Shown here: in pieces, positions 19,201-29,090 of the stretch
Numbering within the stretch: position 1 is the first letter of the stretch
Layout: each line of letters starts with the position of its first letter
Assembly (NCBI GenBank): GCA_016795485.1
Contig: JAEUHM010000030.1
Span: 60,369-124,368, forward strand
DNA: 64,000 nucleotides
Direction of reading: 5' to 3'
DNA from: Verrucomicrobiaceae bacterium
GTDB taxonomy: Bacteria > Verrucomicrobiota > Verrucomicrobiia > Verrucomicrobiales > Verrucomicrobiaceae
Translations under genes and position numbers: made by a program
Notes under the pieces: model-generated
The model's database searches: none
What the model saw: only the letters and a program-made list of their open reading frames with translations
What the model was told of the DNA's origin: nothing

Positions 19201-20933
19201 TGAACCGGACGTTATTGCTACCTCTGTGGATGCTGTTTTCGACTGCATTGAGTGCTGCCGAGATACGCGTGTGGTCCACTCACGGGATGGATCGAGTGAA
19301 ACGCACGGATGAACCGCGTTCAGTGTTAGAGCCGATTCTGTACGCTGCGGGCGGAGAGTGGGAGCCGCTGCAGATCATTGTTCGGGGCATTGCGGCTGAT
19401 CTCGAAGTGATCAAAATCAACGCTGGGCCTCTTACGTCGACTTCTGGAGGTGTCATCCCCGCTCCTGTTGTGCTGCGAGAACATTACGTGGCGGTGACCA
19501 AACCCACCGAGTTGTCCCCTTACACACCAGCTGAGTATCCAGATGCGCTCGTGCCCCAAAACTTCCCCAGGCAGCCGATCACGGCCGACGGTGAAGTGAA
19601 TCAGCCTTACTGGATTGATGTTTATGTCCCACCTGGCACTCCTGCTGGTGATTATGAAGGGACCGTGACTGTCTCGGCAACTGATGATCGTGAATATGTT
19701 ACAAGTTATACCGTGCATGTTTGGGACTTTAGCTTGCCCAAGCTGCCTGCGTTTCGTTCTTCGATCTTCACCGTTTGGCGAAGACTCGCGGCGGTGCATG
19801 GCTTTGATAGCGATGCCTCCAAGGCTGATCCGAGGCTTCAAGTGGTGCTGGACGACTACTACGACATGCTCGTTGCGCATCGACTCAGCCCACATGAAGT
19901 CTGGGCGACCTACCCGGCTGCCGATGACCCAATTAGTGAGAGAAGCTACGAAGATATAGAGCACGGACTGAAGCACCACTTGCTGAGGCGAGGTGCTGGC
20001 ATGGTAGGGTTGCCGCTTTGGGAAAAATGGCCTTTTGATGACCCGCTAGGCGCGGATCGGAAAGCGGCGATGAGTTATGTGGCGCGGTATTATGCTATCT
20101 GCGAGAAGCTCAATTGCTCCGACAGACTCTACAAGATATTCGGCGAGCTAGATGAGCCTCACACACCTGAGGCCTATGCCAAGGTTCACGCCTGGAAACA
20201 GTACTTCACCGATGTGGATCGTATTCATGGGGTGCACATTCCTTTGCTCATCACCGTGCAACCCACGGATGGCAATGAGGCTCTGCGTGCCGTCCTCGGC
20301 CAAGCGGATATTCTTTCACCGCATGTGAGTGCGATCTGGGCAGACATCCACGGCAATGGAGCACCCGGCTTAACGAAGCAACACCTTGAGCGCGGTGGTC
20401 ATTTGTGGGCTTACACCGCACTGGTTCAACCACCTGAAGAGTGGAAGCTGGCTCAAGGTCGCCCTTCACGATTGAAGGAAGGCAACTCACCCGTGTGGCT
20501 GACGGACTTTCCTGCAATCCACCATCGCCTCCTCGCGTGGATGGCTCCGCGCTACGGCATCACTGGTTTCACCTATTGGGATACATCGCACTTCCCAGAT
20601 GGCTTCGATCCATGGACAAACGCTGGCACTTACCCCCATACCAACAACGAGGTTTACAATGGTGATGGCTTACTGATTTATCCCGCACACGAGAAAACCC
20701 ACGGCTACGAGGGGCCCGTTGCGTCCATTCGGCTCAAGTGGATTCGCGAGTGTGTCGATGATTATGATTATCTGGCGTTGATGAAAGAGGCTGGACAGGA
20801 AGAACTCGCGCTTCAGCGAGCAGCCGTTTTTGTCCGGGGTCTGTGCGACTGGGAAGATCGCATCGATGCTCTCTACAGCGCACGCTTGGACATTGCCCGC
20901 CATCTGGAACGCCTCAGCCGCTCGAAGTCATGA
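19200..20933 (+). CDS. Secreted hypothetical protein, possibly glycoside-hydrolase-like, embedded in a polysaccharide locus.
   Basis: Signal peptide. Start overlaps the previous stop. Lies between two GT4 genes. No motif I can assign confidently. Confidence 0.45.
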   Translation: MNRTLLLPLWMLFSTALSAAEIRVWSTHGMDRVKRTDEPRSVLEPILYAAGGEWEPLQIIVRGIAADLEVIKINAGPLTSTSGGVIPAPVVLREHYVAVTKPTELSPYTPAEYPDALVPQNFPRQPITADGEVNQPYWIDVYVPPGTPAGDYEGTVTVSATDDREYVTSYTVHVWDFSLPKLPAFRSSIFTVWRRLAAVHGFDSDASKADPRLQVVLDDYYDMLVAHRLSPHEVWATYPAADDPISERSYEDIEHGLKHHLLRRGAGMVGLPLWEKWPFDDPLGADRKAAMSYVARYYAICEKLNCSDRLYKIFGELDEPHTPEAYAKVHAWKQYFTDVDRIHGVHIPLLITVQPTDGNEALRAVLGQADILSPHVSAIWADIHGNGAPGLTKQHLERGGHLWAYTALVQPPEEWKLAQGRPSRLKEGNSPVWLTDFPAIHHRLLAWMAPRYGITGFTYWDTSHFPDGFDPWTNAGTYPHTNNEVYNGDGLLIYPAHEKTHGYEGPVASIRLKWIRECVDDYDYLALMKEAGQEELALQRAAVFVRGLCDWEDRIDALYSARLDIARHLERLSRSKS

Positions 20934-22129
20934 AGATCGTCGTACTAACCGCAGACGCAAACACGCTCATCTATCACCGTGGTGACTTGATCACGGACAT
21001 GGCGCGTGCGGGATGTGAAGTAGTGACCTCAGCTGCTGAAGATTACCCTCATGTTAGAGAATACATGAAGCGCATCGGCGTTAGACATCGGCCCATCCGC
21101 ATGGTCCGCAGTCGTGTTAATCCACTGAGCGATCTAGTCACGTGGTGGGATATGTGGAGGCTCTTCAGAACGGAGAAGCCAGACGCACTCTTCGCTTACA
21201 CGATCAAGAGTGTGGTCTATGGCTGTGTAGTTGCCGCCCTTGCTGGTGTGCCAAGAATCTATGCTCTACTTCCGGGCCTGGGCTTCACTTTTGTCAAACC
21301 TGTGACGCTCAAGCAAAAGATCGTCGCGTCGATCTCAGTGTGGTTGCATCAGTTCGCACTTAGACGTGCGCATGTGATCTTCATGCAGAACGAAGATGAC
21401 CGTCAACTTTTGGGCAATCTAGGAATCTTACCAGAGAGTATCCCCTGCCACGTCACCGCTGGTTCTGGGGTCAATGTGGAAGAGTTTCCGCACGTGCCGC
21501 TTAACGAAGATAAAGATCTTGCGGCTGGAACGGTAAGGTTCGTGCTCGTTTCGCGCTTGCTGATTAGCAAGGGGGTGGAGGTCTTCGCCGAAGCTGCACG
21601 CATCATCAAGCAGCGTTATCCTAACGCAGAGTTTCATCTTGTTGGGCCTTTCGATCCCAATCCAAATCGTGTCTCGGAAGAACAGGTGGAGAGCTGGGTG
21701 GCAGAGGGCATTCTGGAACACCATGGGATGGTCCGAGATGTCGCTGGCAATCTAAAAGATAAGCACGTGTTTGTTTTACCGACGTGGTACCGTGAGGGAG
21801 TTCCACATGCCACTCTCGAAGCCCTTTCGATGGGCCGAGCCATCATCACGACAGATTCAGTGGGAGCCCGTGAAACGGTGCGTGAGGGCAAAAACGGATT
21901 CCTCGTTCCACCGCACTCTGTGGATGCCGTTGTAGAAGCCATGGAGCGCTATCTAAAGGATCGGACGCTCATCGTTAAGCACGGCGAGCAGAGCAGGCGA
22001 CTCGCGGAAGACGTTTTTGATGTTCGCCTCGTGAACGGACTCATCTTACGTGAGATGGGTATCTCACAGGGCATGAACCGGGGTGCGGGAAGCGCACCGA
22101 CCGCCATGGAAGTGTGCACTGCAACCTGA
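20930..22129 (+). CDS. Glycosyltransferase family 4.
   Basis: GT4 C-terminal motifs (EGVPHATLEALSMGRAIITT). ATGA overlap with the upstream gene. Confidence 0.8.
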   Translation: MKIVVLTADANTLIYHRGDLITDMARAGCEVVTSAAEDYPHVREYMKRIGVRHRPIRMVRSRVNPLSDLVTWWDMWRLFRTEKPDALFAYTIKSVVYGCVVAALAGVPRIYALLPGLGFTFVKPVTLKQKIVASISVWLHQFALRRAHVIFMQNEDDRQLLGNLGILPESIPCHVTAGSGVNVEEFPHVPLNEDKDLAAGTVRFVLVSRLLISKGVEVFAEAARIIKQRYPNAEFHLVGPFDPNPNRVSEEQVESWVAEGILEHHGMVRDVAGNLKDKHVFVLPTWYREGVPHATLEALSMGRAIITTDSVGARETVREGKNGFLVPPHSVDAVVEAMERYLKDRTLIVKHGEQSRRLAEDVFDVRLVNGLILREMGISQGMNRGAGSAPTAMEVCTAT

Positions 22130-22144
22130 ACCTAACTACGAAAC

Positions 22145-24544
22145 ATGCAGCTCACTCAGCCACTAATTCCAGGTTCGCCAACGACAGCGCTCATCCCCGT
22201 GAGCGGCGGTCCGACGATGGCGCTTCAGCCTTATCAAGCGGCTGGCGTCACCACAGCACTTATTCCGGTGCAGATGATGCCGCAACCCCCGCATCCAACA
22301 ACTGGTGGTGAGACCATCATCAGCGTCCAGGATGTGATTGAGTACGTCCGCCAATACTGGAAGCGGGGGCTCATCTTGGCCCTTCCGGCGGCAGCGGTCG
22401 TTTTCCTCTATCTCGGCTTTGGTCAGCCCGTGTTTGAGGCGGAATCTAAGCTCAAGATCAACATTCAGGACCGCAGTGTGCTCGATGTGAATGGTCAGCC
22501 GCAGACTGGACTGTCAGAGTTAAGTGCGCCAATGATCATCAACAATCACCGCACTGGGTTGAAGTCCAGACGTTTCGTTGACTACCTGTTTACCAAACTT
22601 ACACCCAGTGAGCGCACGGCATTCATTGGTGAGACAGGAAAGCTTGGACTCAAGAGCCGCATCTTCATTGCGCTTGGTTTGTCAGATCCACCGAAGGCGA
22701 CTGCACCAGAAGAGTTGTTTGCCGTGAAGATGGACAAAGCCGTCCGGATCGAGCCCGTAAAGGAGTCTCACATTCTACGCATCCAATTGCGTGATGGTAG
22801 TGCGCAACGCGCTGCAGAGCTGGCTAATCAATACGTTAACTTCTATATCGAGTACGTGGCGGACGACAATCTTTCTGGCATGAGACGTGCCTTTGAGGTC
22901 TTACAGACCGAGAGCGAACAGCTAAAAGAGAGCCTTGAGCGGAAACAACGTGACCTCGCTGACTTCCGCAAGAGCGCCGACATTCTTGGGAGCAATCCCA
23001 AGGGTGAAGTCGACGAGCAACGTGTGGCTAGTCTTGTGAGTGCAGTTACCGAGACGGAGGTTGCCTTACTAAAGGCGCAGATCGATCTCAATGAAATGAG
23101 AAGAGTCCAGGCCGGCGGTGAAGTTGCTGCCGTCAAAGGAATGGGTACTGATTTGCAGATCATTGAGCTACGAAAAGTGCGTGACGAGGTGAGCACCAAG
23201 CGGAGTGCTCTTCTAGAATGGTGTGGTCCAAGGCATCCCAAGGTGTTGGCCTATGACGAAGATCTCCGCAGAATGGCCGAACAGGAACACCTCAGGGTGA
23301 AGGAACTGGTGGCGACCGCCGAGGCTGAGGAGGCACGCTTGAAGAGTCAGCATGACCAACTGAAGCAACAGCTCGCCGCAGCCCGCGGAGAGGTGTTTGA
23401 CCGCGATTCTAAGCACATGGAAAATGATTTCCTCACGGAGGACGCCAAAACGGACCGTGAGCTCTACAATCAGGTTCTCTTGCGCAAGAAGCAGACAGAA
23501 CTTGCTGCCGAGATGAAGGATAGCGCTCAGCTTTCAGTCGCTGATGTTGCCGTACCTCCTGATTCCGCCGTCTCACCTCGTAAATCGATCGCGTTTCTTG
23601 CTTCCTTGATGGTGTTGGGATTTTTAGGGCTCGCCGTTCCCGTTGGATCGGGCCTGTGGCGGGACCATGTCATGCCCTTGCTGAGTTCGATGAAGGGAAA
23701 GGGATCGAATGAAGTCGGGCAGCCTCCAGCACCACAAACTTCTCCATTTCAGCAAGTGGGTTCACCTTTTAGCCCCGCCCCGGAGCCGCAAGTCGTGCCC
23801 AACGCATCAGCTTGGGGGCAAACCTCATTCCAGCAGGCGGCAGCACCAGTCTCTCAGCCGTTACATCAGCCACAGCCAAACATCATCGCTACTATTCCGG
23901 AGCTCATGGCAGCCGAAGGCCCAATCCAGCTCGGCGAGTTGCTTCATTCGGGGACAGGAGGGTCGAGTTCAGGGATGGCACAGATTGCCGCAGTGCTCGA
24001 GAAACATCGTATGATGCGCGGTGGACAGGGCGCGGGCGTTATCCTTGTGACGAGTGCAAGCACATCAGAGGGCAAGAGTCTCCTGGCGTCTGCATTGGCG
24101 GCTTCTTTGTGCACCAGTGGGCGTCATGTTTTCCTAATGGAGTGCAATCCAGCTTCTCCAAGCATCCAGAACTGGTTTCCGCAGGCTGGCACTTATTCTT
24201 CATGGACGAATGACCTTGAGACACTGCGCTATGGGGCCAGTAACCTCTTTCTTCTTCCAGCTCATGACCTTCCTAGCTACGAAGTGAGTGACTTGCTTGA
24301 TGGTTATCGCGCTTGGATCAGCAAGGCAAGTCATGAGGTCGACTGGATTGTTCTGGATGGAGCTTCGTTGTTGCGCGGATTCGCGGATGTGGCGCAACTT
24401 GCACACTACGCTACGGATGTTCTGTTCATCCACGACGAGACTCGGACGACGAGTGATCAAGTCCGCGCTGCTCTTAACTTGATCCGGCCCCTCGTGCGCC
24501 CAGAAGCCATGCGAGGCATGGTCATCAACCGTCACGCCACCTAA
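22145..24544 (+). CDS. Polysaccharide chain-length determinant / BY-kinase-like protein (Wzc/GumC family) with long coiled coils and a degenerate C-terminal P-loop domain.
   Basis: Wzz-like N-terminal domain with a TM segment. Extended coiled-coil region. C-terminal VILVTSASTSEGKS Walker-A-like motif. No Tyr-rich tail. Confidence 0.6.
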   Translation: MQLTQPLIPGSPTTALIPVSGGPTMALQPYQAAGVTTALIPVQMMPQPPHPTTGGETIISVQDVIEYVRQYWKRGLILALPAAAVVFLYLGFGQPVFEAESKLKINIQDRSVLDVNGQPQTGLSELSAPMIINNHRTGLKSRRFVDYLFTKLTPSERTAFIGETGKLGLKSRIFIALGLSDPPKATAPEELFAVKMDKAVRIEPVKESHILRIQLRDGSAQRAAELANQYVNFYIEYVADDNLSGMRRAFEVLQTESEQLKESLERKQRDLADFRKSADILGSNPKGEVDEQRVASLVSAVTETEVALLKAQIDLNEMRRVQAGGEVAAVKGMGTDLQIIELRKVRDEVSTKRSALLEWCGPRHPKVLAYDEDLRRMAEQEHLRVKELVATAEAEEARLKSQHDQLKQQLAAARGEVFDRDSKHMENDFLTEDAKTDRELYNQVLLRKKQTELAAEMKDSAQLSVADVAVPPDSAVSPRKSIAFLASLMVLGFLGLAVPVGSGLWRDHVMPLLSSMKGKGSNEVGQPPAPQTSPFQQVGSPFSPAPEPQVVPNASAWGQTSFQQAAAPVSQPLHQPQPNIIATIPELMAAEGPIQLGELLHSGTGGSSSGMAQIAAVLEKHRMMRGGQGAGVILVTSASTSEGKSLLASALAASLCTSGRHVFLMECNPASPSIQNWFPQAGTYSSWTNDLETLRYGASNLFLLPAHDLPSYEVSDLLDGYRAWISKASHEVDWIVLDGASLLRGFADVAQLAHYATDVLFIHDETRTTSDQVRAALNLIRPLVRPEAMRGMVINRHAT

Positions 24545-24545
24545 T

Positions 24546-25529
24546 ATGTCGAGCCGCGATTCCATGCCTGCCTCTGCTACCCGCATGACCCCAGATGTTT
24601 TGGCGGCAATGCGATGCCCTGTGTGCCATTCAGCTCTTGCTCCCCACTCAGGTTCACTGGCGTGTAGTTCGTGCTCGGTTACCTTCCCAGTAGTTCACGG
24701 GGTTCCTGTGGTCATCAACGAGCCCAATAGCGTTTTCCGCTTGGATGAGTACACCAGTGGCGAGGAACAGCACATGACTGAGCCACCTCTGACGCTAAAG
24801 GCTCGCATTCGGAATCTGGTTCCCAAGCCCAGCTTAAACCTGAAGGGGCCGCAGAACTACGCCCGTTATGCCAATCTCATTACTCAGCAGAGTGAGAGGC
24901 CACGCGTTCTGGTTCTCGGTGGACGTATCTTGGGTCAGGGAATGGAACCCATTGCCGACAATCCGAACATCCAGTTGGTGGAGACGGATGTCTGCTTTGG
25001 ACCACGGACCTCGTTGATTTGTGACGCGCATGATGTGCCATTTACTGACCACTCGTTTGATGGGGTCATCATCCAGGCAGTGTTGGAGCATGTTTGTGAT
25101 CCATTCCGCGTAGTGGAGGAGATTCACCGAGTGTTGAAGCCGGGTGGGTTGATTTACGCAGAGACACCCTTCATGCAGCAAGTCCACGCGCGAGCCTGGG
25201 ACTTTACCCGCTTCACGGAGTTGGGGCACCGGAGGCTCTTTCGTAAGTTTGAGGAGATTGATCGCGGAGCGTGCTGTGGCACTGGCATGGCATTGGCTTG
25301 GGCGTGGCAGTATTTTCTGCTCAGCTTCACCTCGCGCAAAGTATTGAGAACTATACTTCGAGTTTTCAGCGAACTGAGTTCCTTTTGGCTCATCTACCTG
25401 GACAAGCTCACGATCAGTTCCAAAGGAACTCAGGATGCAGCCAGCGGCTTCTATTTCCTTGGACGGCGCTCTGAGAAGCAACTCAGTGACCGCGAGCTGA
25501 TCTCACAGTTTCGCGGAGAGTGGTGCTGA
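24546..25529 (+). CDS. Class I SAM-dependent methyltransferase with an N-terminal Trm112-like zinc-ribbon.
   Basis: CPVCH...CSSC zinc-ribbon. Methyltransferase-11-like core (VLVLGG..., DGVIIQAVLEHV). Confidence 0.7.
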   Translation: MSSRDSMPASATRMTPDVLAAMRCPVCHSALAPHSGSLACSSCSVTFPVVHGVPVVINEPNSVFRLDEYTSGEEQHMTEPPLTLKARIRNLVPKPSLNLKGPQNYARYANLITQQSERPRVLVLGGRILGQGMEPIADNPNIQLVETDVCFGPRTSLICDAHDVPFTDHSFDGVIIQAVLEHVCDPFRVVEEIHRVLKPGGLIYAETPFMQQVHARAWDFTRFTELGHRRLFRKFEEIDRGACCGTGMALAWAWQYFLLSFTSRKVLRTILRVFSELSSFWLIYLDKLTISSKGTQDAASGFYFLGRRSEKQLSDRELISQFRGEWC

Positions 25530-26562
25530 GTGCCGAAAGAGACTCCTCGTCTCCAACCGTGATGCGCAAACAGTTCTTGATCGGTCCACGATCATGAAAG
25601 TCCGCCACATGGACTCCTTTTGCTCGCAAAATAGGTGCCAGTGGTTCGTTGGTGATGCCACTGTAGTCGGCGAGCAATATATTGGCACGTGATGGAAACA
25701 CACGAAGGCCACATTCACGAATCGCCGCAGCATACAGTTCACGCAGGTGCACGGTCTTCTCAAACAATGGCCGATAATACCTCTTTAGCGAGGAGAGCGC
25801 TGCCATACCACAGTGGTGAGCGACTGTGTTCACCGCAAACGTCTGATCGGCTTTTGAAAGTTCCACTATAGTGGCAGGATGGGCCACAGCATAACCCACA
25901 CGCAAGCCAGCGAGCGCAAAGCTCTTCGACAAACTGCGCAATACGATGAGGTTAGGGTGTTGATCCAAGAGATGGATCGCACTCTCTCCCGAGAACTCAT
26001 AATAACACTCATCGATGACGACCATGCCGTTCCATTCAGATGCCAGTTTCGAGATCAATGAAGCGGGCACCAAATCGCCCGTGGGATTGTTCGGGCTGGC
26101 TAAGAACAGCACGCCCTGATCTGGAAGCGGGATGTCTTTAAATGAAAAGTCCTCGCTTTGGTCATTGCGGCCCGCCGAAATGAGAGGTGCCCGCCGAAGC
26201 GCTGCTGCATGGCCGTAGACGAAGAAAGTGGGTGCAGGTGCAATTACAGGCCTGTCAGGTCCGGCATAAGTAGTTATGATCAGGTCAATCAAGCCATCAG
26301 AGCCGTTTCCGGTAATGATTTGGGCAGGACTCACTCCGCAGTAACTCGCCAATGCTTCCCGTAGCCCAGTCGATAATGAATCTGGGTAGCGCCTGAGTAC
26401 CGAAAAACTTTGTTCTAGAGCTGCACGCACTTCTGGTGCGGGCGGATACCAAGCCTCGCCGAGGTGGAGTAAATGCTTGTCAGTGGAGTTGTGCGGCCCA
26501 GCAAGTGGCTTGGGTGCAGGTAATGCAGCGATCCACGAATGAGCGCTCGGTGGTAAGGTCAT
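25483..26562 (-). CDS. PLP-dependent class I/II aminotransferase (HisC / histidinol-phosphate aminotransferase-like).
   Basis: LSKSFALAGLRVGY Lys-containing PLP motif characteristic of the HisC/CobD family. Confidence 0.75.
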   Translation of the reverse strand: MTLPPSAHSWIAALPAPKPLAGPHNSTDKHLLHLGEAWYPPAPEVRAALEQSFSVLRRYPDSLSTGLREALASYCGVSPAQIITGNGSDGLIDLIITTYAGPDRPVIAPAPTFFVYGHAAALRRAPLISAGRNDQSEDFSFKDIPLPDQGVLFLASPNNPTGDLVPASLISKLASEWNGMVVIDECYYEFSGESAIHLLDQHPNLIVLRSLSKSFALAGLRVGYAVAHPATIVELSKADQTFAVNTVAHHCGMAALSSLKRYYRPLFEKTVHLRELYAAAIRECGLRVFPSRANILLADYSGITNEPLAPILRAKGVHVADFHDRGPIKNCLRITVGDEESLSALSTTLRETVRSARGH

Positions 26563-26607
26563 CTCTTGAAGTAGAACGACTCGGCTCGTGCCGCAACCTC
26601 GTCGCCT

Positions 26608-28725
26608 TTAGTGGGTGGACGATGTCGTGAGTTTTGAGAGCTCCTCGGTGGTCAGAGCTCGCGGAAAGATGGCCACTTCGTCAAGTCTGCCTTCCCAATT
26701 GGCGGAGTTATCCGATCGACCGCCAATGAACAATGGGACGGAGTTGTTGCGAGACAAAGTGAGGGTTGAAGCGATCTCAAGCTTTCCGTTGAGATAGACT
26801 TTGATGCTGTTCTTCATGCGGACAAGGGCCACGTGCTGCCATTGCCAACGTGGAATCTCAGTTTCGCCAGCAACGACTTTGGTTTTGTCATTGCCTTGAA
26901 GGAAAATGAGTCTCCCGGTATTGCCGCTTTTGCCTCCGATGCCGAGATGTTCCCCTACTTTACTCAAGCCATGCCCATGATCGGCTGAAACGAACCAGCC
27001 AGCTACATCTCGACCCTCGTTAGGCATTCCGTTCCAGATCCAGGCGGATACCGTGTAGTCCCCGGAGGTCAACTCGCTCACCAAGCGACCTCCCACAAAA
27101 TGAGCCGCGCGATTTTTCTCTGAGGCCTGACAGAAATCAGCGGACTTTGGCCCCTCAAGATAGAATGTGATTCCTGGTTCATAGCTCGCGTGACGTTCGT
27201 TATCTGAAGAGTCAGTGGCCGTTGGACCGTTGAACTCATTTAGCCTCCAATAGGCAGCCGGTTTCAACTGCTTGATGACTGCTGCTGCCTTCCCTTCAGA
27301 CAGAAGCCACGGTTTACGCTCCTTTCCGCTCACTTTCTCCAGGAGCGAAATGGCCGCCTGGGCAATGCGGGGTTCTGCACTAACTTCCAACCCTGCCGAG
27401 CGTGCGGGCCAAGTATTGTAGCCGCCAAACGGGTGTTGTTCCGGCGGTGGAATGTAACCATCTCCTCCGTTTGCCAACTCGATCACGATGTTGTGCTTTA
27501 ATGGGCTTGCCGCTTTGACTTTGAGGCCCGTGACGGCGTAAGTTTCACAGGGAGTGGTGGCAATGCCAATATCTCCCAGGCGGAGAGCCTGAACGACGAC
27601 ATCGGTCTCCTGGAGCTCGTGAAGGAGGATTTGCTCCTTTGCGTAGACTTCGGTTGGCGTCCTCTGTGGGCGATCTCCAGCTTCGGCCATTACTCTCTGA
27701 GCCCACTCAAGGGTCTGTTTGTTGGGCGTGCGGTATTTCATGTGAAGGCGTTGCTCTGCCATCACGACCGGCACGTCCGTTTCGTAGTGGACATCAGAGA
27801 TGGATTTCACAGCTAAATCCGCGAGTGCGTCTGCATACTGTTGAATCGTTAAACCGCCGGTCCCCGCTTTCCACTGCTCTTCGGTGATGGTGTAGTCGCG
27901 GCGATAAATGTCGCCACTACATCCGTGGGACATCAGTGCGACAAAGTTGGCGTCTTTAGCTAGGCGCTGCTTAACACCCTCACAAAACAACCCAAAATAG
28001 TCAGCGCTGATGTCTTTGTCGCCAAAGTAGTGCATTGAGAAGTTACCCAAGGCAGCGAGGGGCTTGCCGTCCACTGTTTGGATGGAGATCATTGCCAAAT
28101 CTGGATCTTCGGGACCTGCTTCGCCTGTGACATCATCCCAGACACGCCCTGCATGCATATTGGCTCTCACGCTAAGGTTTCCAAATGGGTCCTCGGCAAG
28201 TCTGTCTGGGCGTCTGATCCACTGTCGAAGTGCCGTGTATTCTGCCGCGTCGATTTTACCAAAGCCAATCCGCGCGGGTTTGAGCGCTGCCTTGGCCTCT
28301 GAGATGGCTTCCACCAATTTAGCTTTGAGAAATGGAACATAGGTGGGGTCAGCGTCTGTTCCGAGGCAACCCATGGATGATGGGGCAGAGTGGGCGTGAG
28401 TAGCCGAGATTAACATTTTGTCCGCAGGAATGCCGGTTTTTGATGCTGCTTCGGCCTTTGCTTCATCCAGCAATGCTCTTCCCATCATGCAACTGTCGAC
28501 CACTACAATCACCGCTGTCTCTTTATCGTCGGAAAGAGCGAGAGCCCTTGCGTTGACACGAGTGTTGATCTTCTCGACGTAACGACTGAGCATTCCGCCA
28601 TTCACTAGCACTGGCAACTTAGGAGGTGTGACATCTACGACGACTGCCCCGGCTTTGAACTCTGCTTTGGAGAAGCTGGCAATGAGAAAACTGGCGATCA
28701 GAAGGGCTGGGATACGTGTGATCAT
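26608..28725 (-). CDS. Secreted neutral/alkaline ceramidase-family protein with a C-terminal LamG / concanavalin-like domain.
   Basis: Signal peptide from the Met at 28725. ATHAHSAP and SHGCSGD motifs resemble the neutral ceramidase Zn site. C-terminal ~200 aa has a LamG-like pattern. Confidence 0.6.
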   Translation of the reverse strand: MITRIPALLIASFLIASFSKAEFKAGAVVVDVTPPKLPVLVNGGMLSRYVEKINTRVNARALALSDDKETAVIVVVDSCMMGRALLDEAKAEAASKTGIPADKMLISATHAHSAPSSMGCLGTDADPTYVPFLKAKLVEAISEAKAALKPARIGFGKIDAAEYTALRQWIRRPDRLAEDPFGNLSVRANMHAGRVWDDVTGEAGPEDPDLAMISIQTVDGKPLAALGNFSMHYFGDKDISADYFGLFCEGVKQRLAKDANFVALMSHGCSGDIYRRDYTITEEQWKAGTGGLTIQQYADALADLAVKSISDVHYETDVPVVMAEQRLHMKYRTPNKQTLEWAQRVMAEAGDRPQRTPTEVYAKEQILLHELQETDVVVQALRLGDIGIATTPCETYAVTGLKVKAASPLKHNIVIELANGGDGYIPPPEQHPFGGYNTWPARSAGLEVSAEPRIAQAAISLLEKVSGKERKPWLLSEGKAAAVIKQLKPAAYWRLNEFNGPTATDSSDNERHASYEPGITFYLEGPKSADFCQASEKNRAAHFVGGRLVSELTSGDYTVSAWIWNGMPNEGRDVAGWFVSADHGHGLSKVGEHLGIGGKSGNTGRLIFLQGNDKTKVVAGETEIPRWQWQHVALVRMKNSIKVYLNGKLEIASTLTLSRNNSVPLFIGGRSDNSANWEGRLDEVAIFPRALTTEELSKLTTSSTH

Positions 28726-28760
28726 GGCTGTCGGTCTTACGCTCGCCGAAGGCTCATCTT

Positions 28761-29087
28761 TTAGTGGATCGTTTCGTCGTGTACCCATTGTGCATAAGGC
28801 AGAGAGACCTCCGAGGGCGCAAATGCGACAATCTCTGGCACTTCGTACGGGTGCAGTTTCTTCATGTGGTCTTCGAACGCTGGCATCAGTTCCCTTGATG
28901 TTTTGAAGATCCCCAGGACCTCTTGGGTACGCTCAACGGCTCCCTTCCAGCGATAGATCGACTCAATGCTGGGTATGAGATTCACGCAGGCAGCGAGTTG
29001 CGACTCCACCATCTGCGTGCCAATCTCCCGTGCGATGGCGGCATCAGGAAAGGTGACCCATACGATTCGAATATCCATGTCCGGCAT
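28761..29087 (-). CDS. cutA: Divalent-cation tolerance protein CutA.
   Basis: IVWVTFPD...LAACVN...YRWKG...YEVPEI motifs. The ~108-aa length from the internal Met fits CutA1. Confidence 0.75.
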   Translation of the reverse strand: MPDMDIRIVWVTFPDAAIAREIGTQMVESQLAACVNLIPSIESIYRWKGAVERTQEVLGIFKTSRELMPAFEDHMKKLHPYEVPEIVAFAPSEVSLPYAQWVHDETIH

Positions 29088-29090
29088 TCT

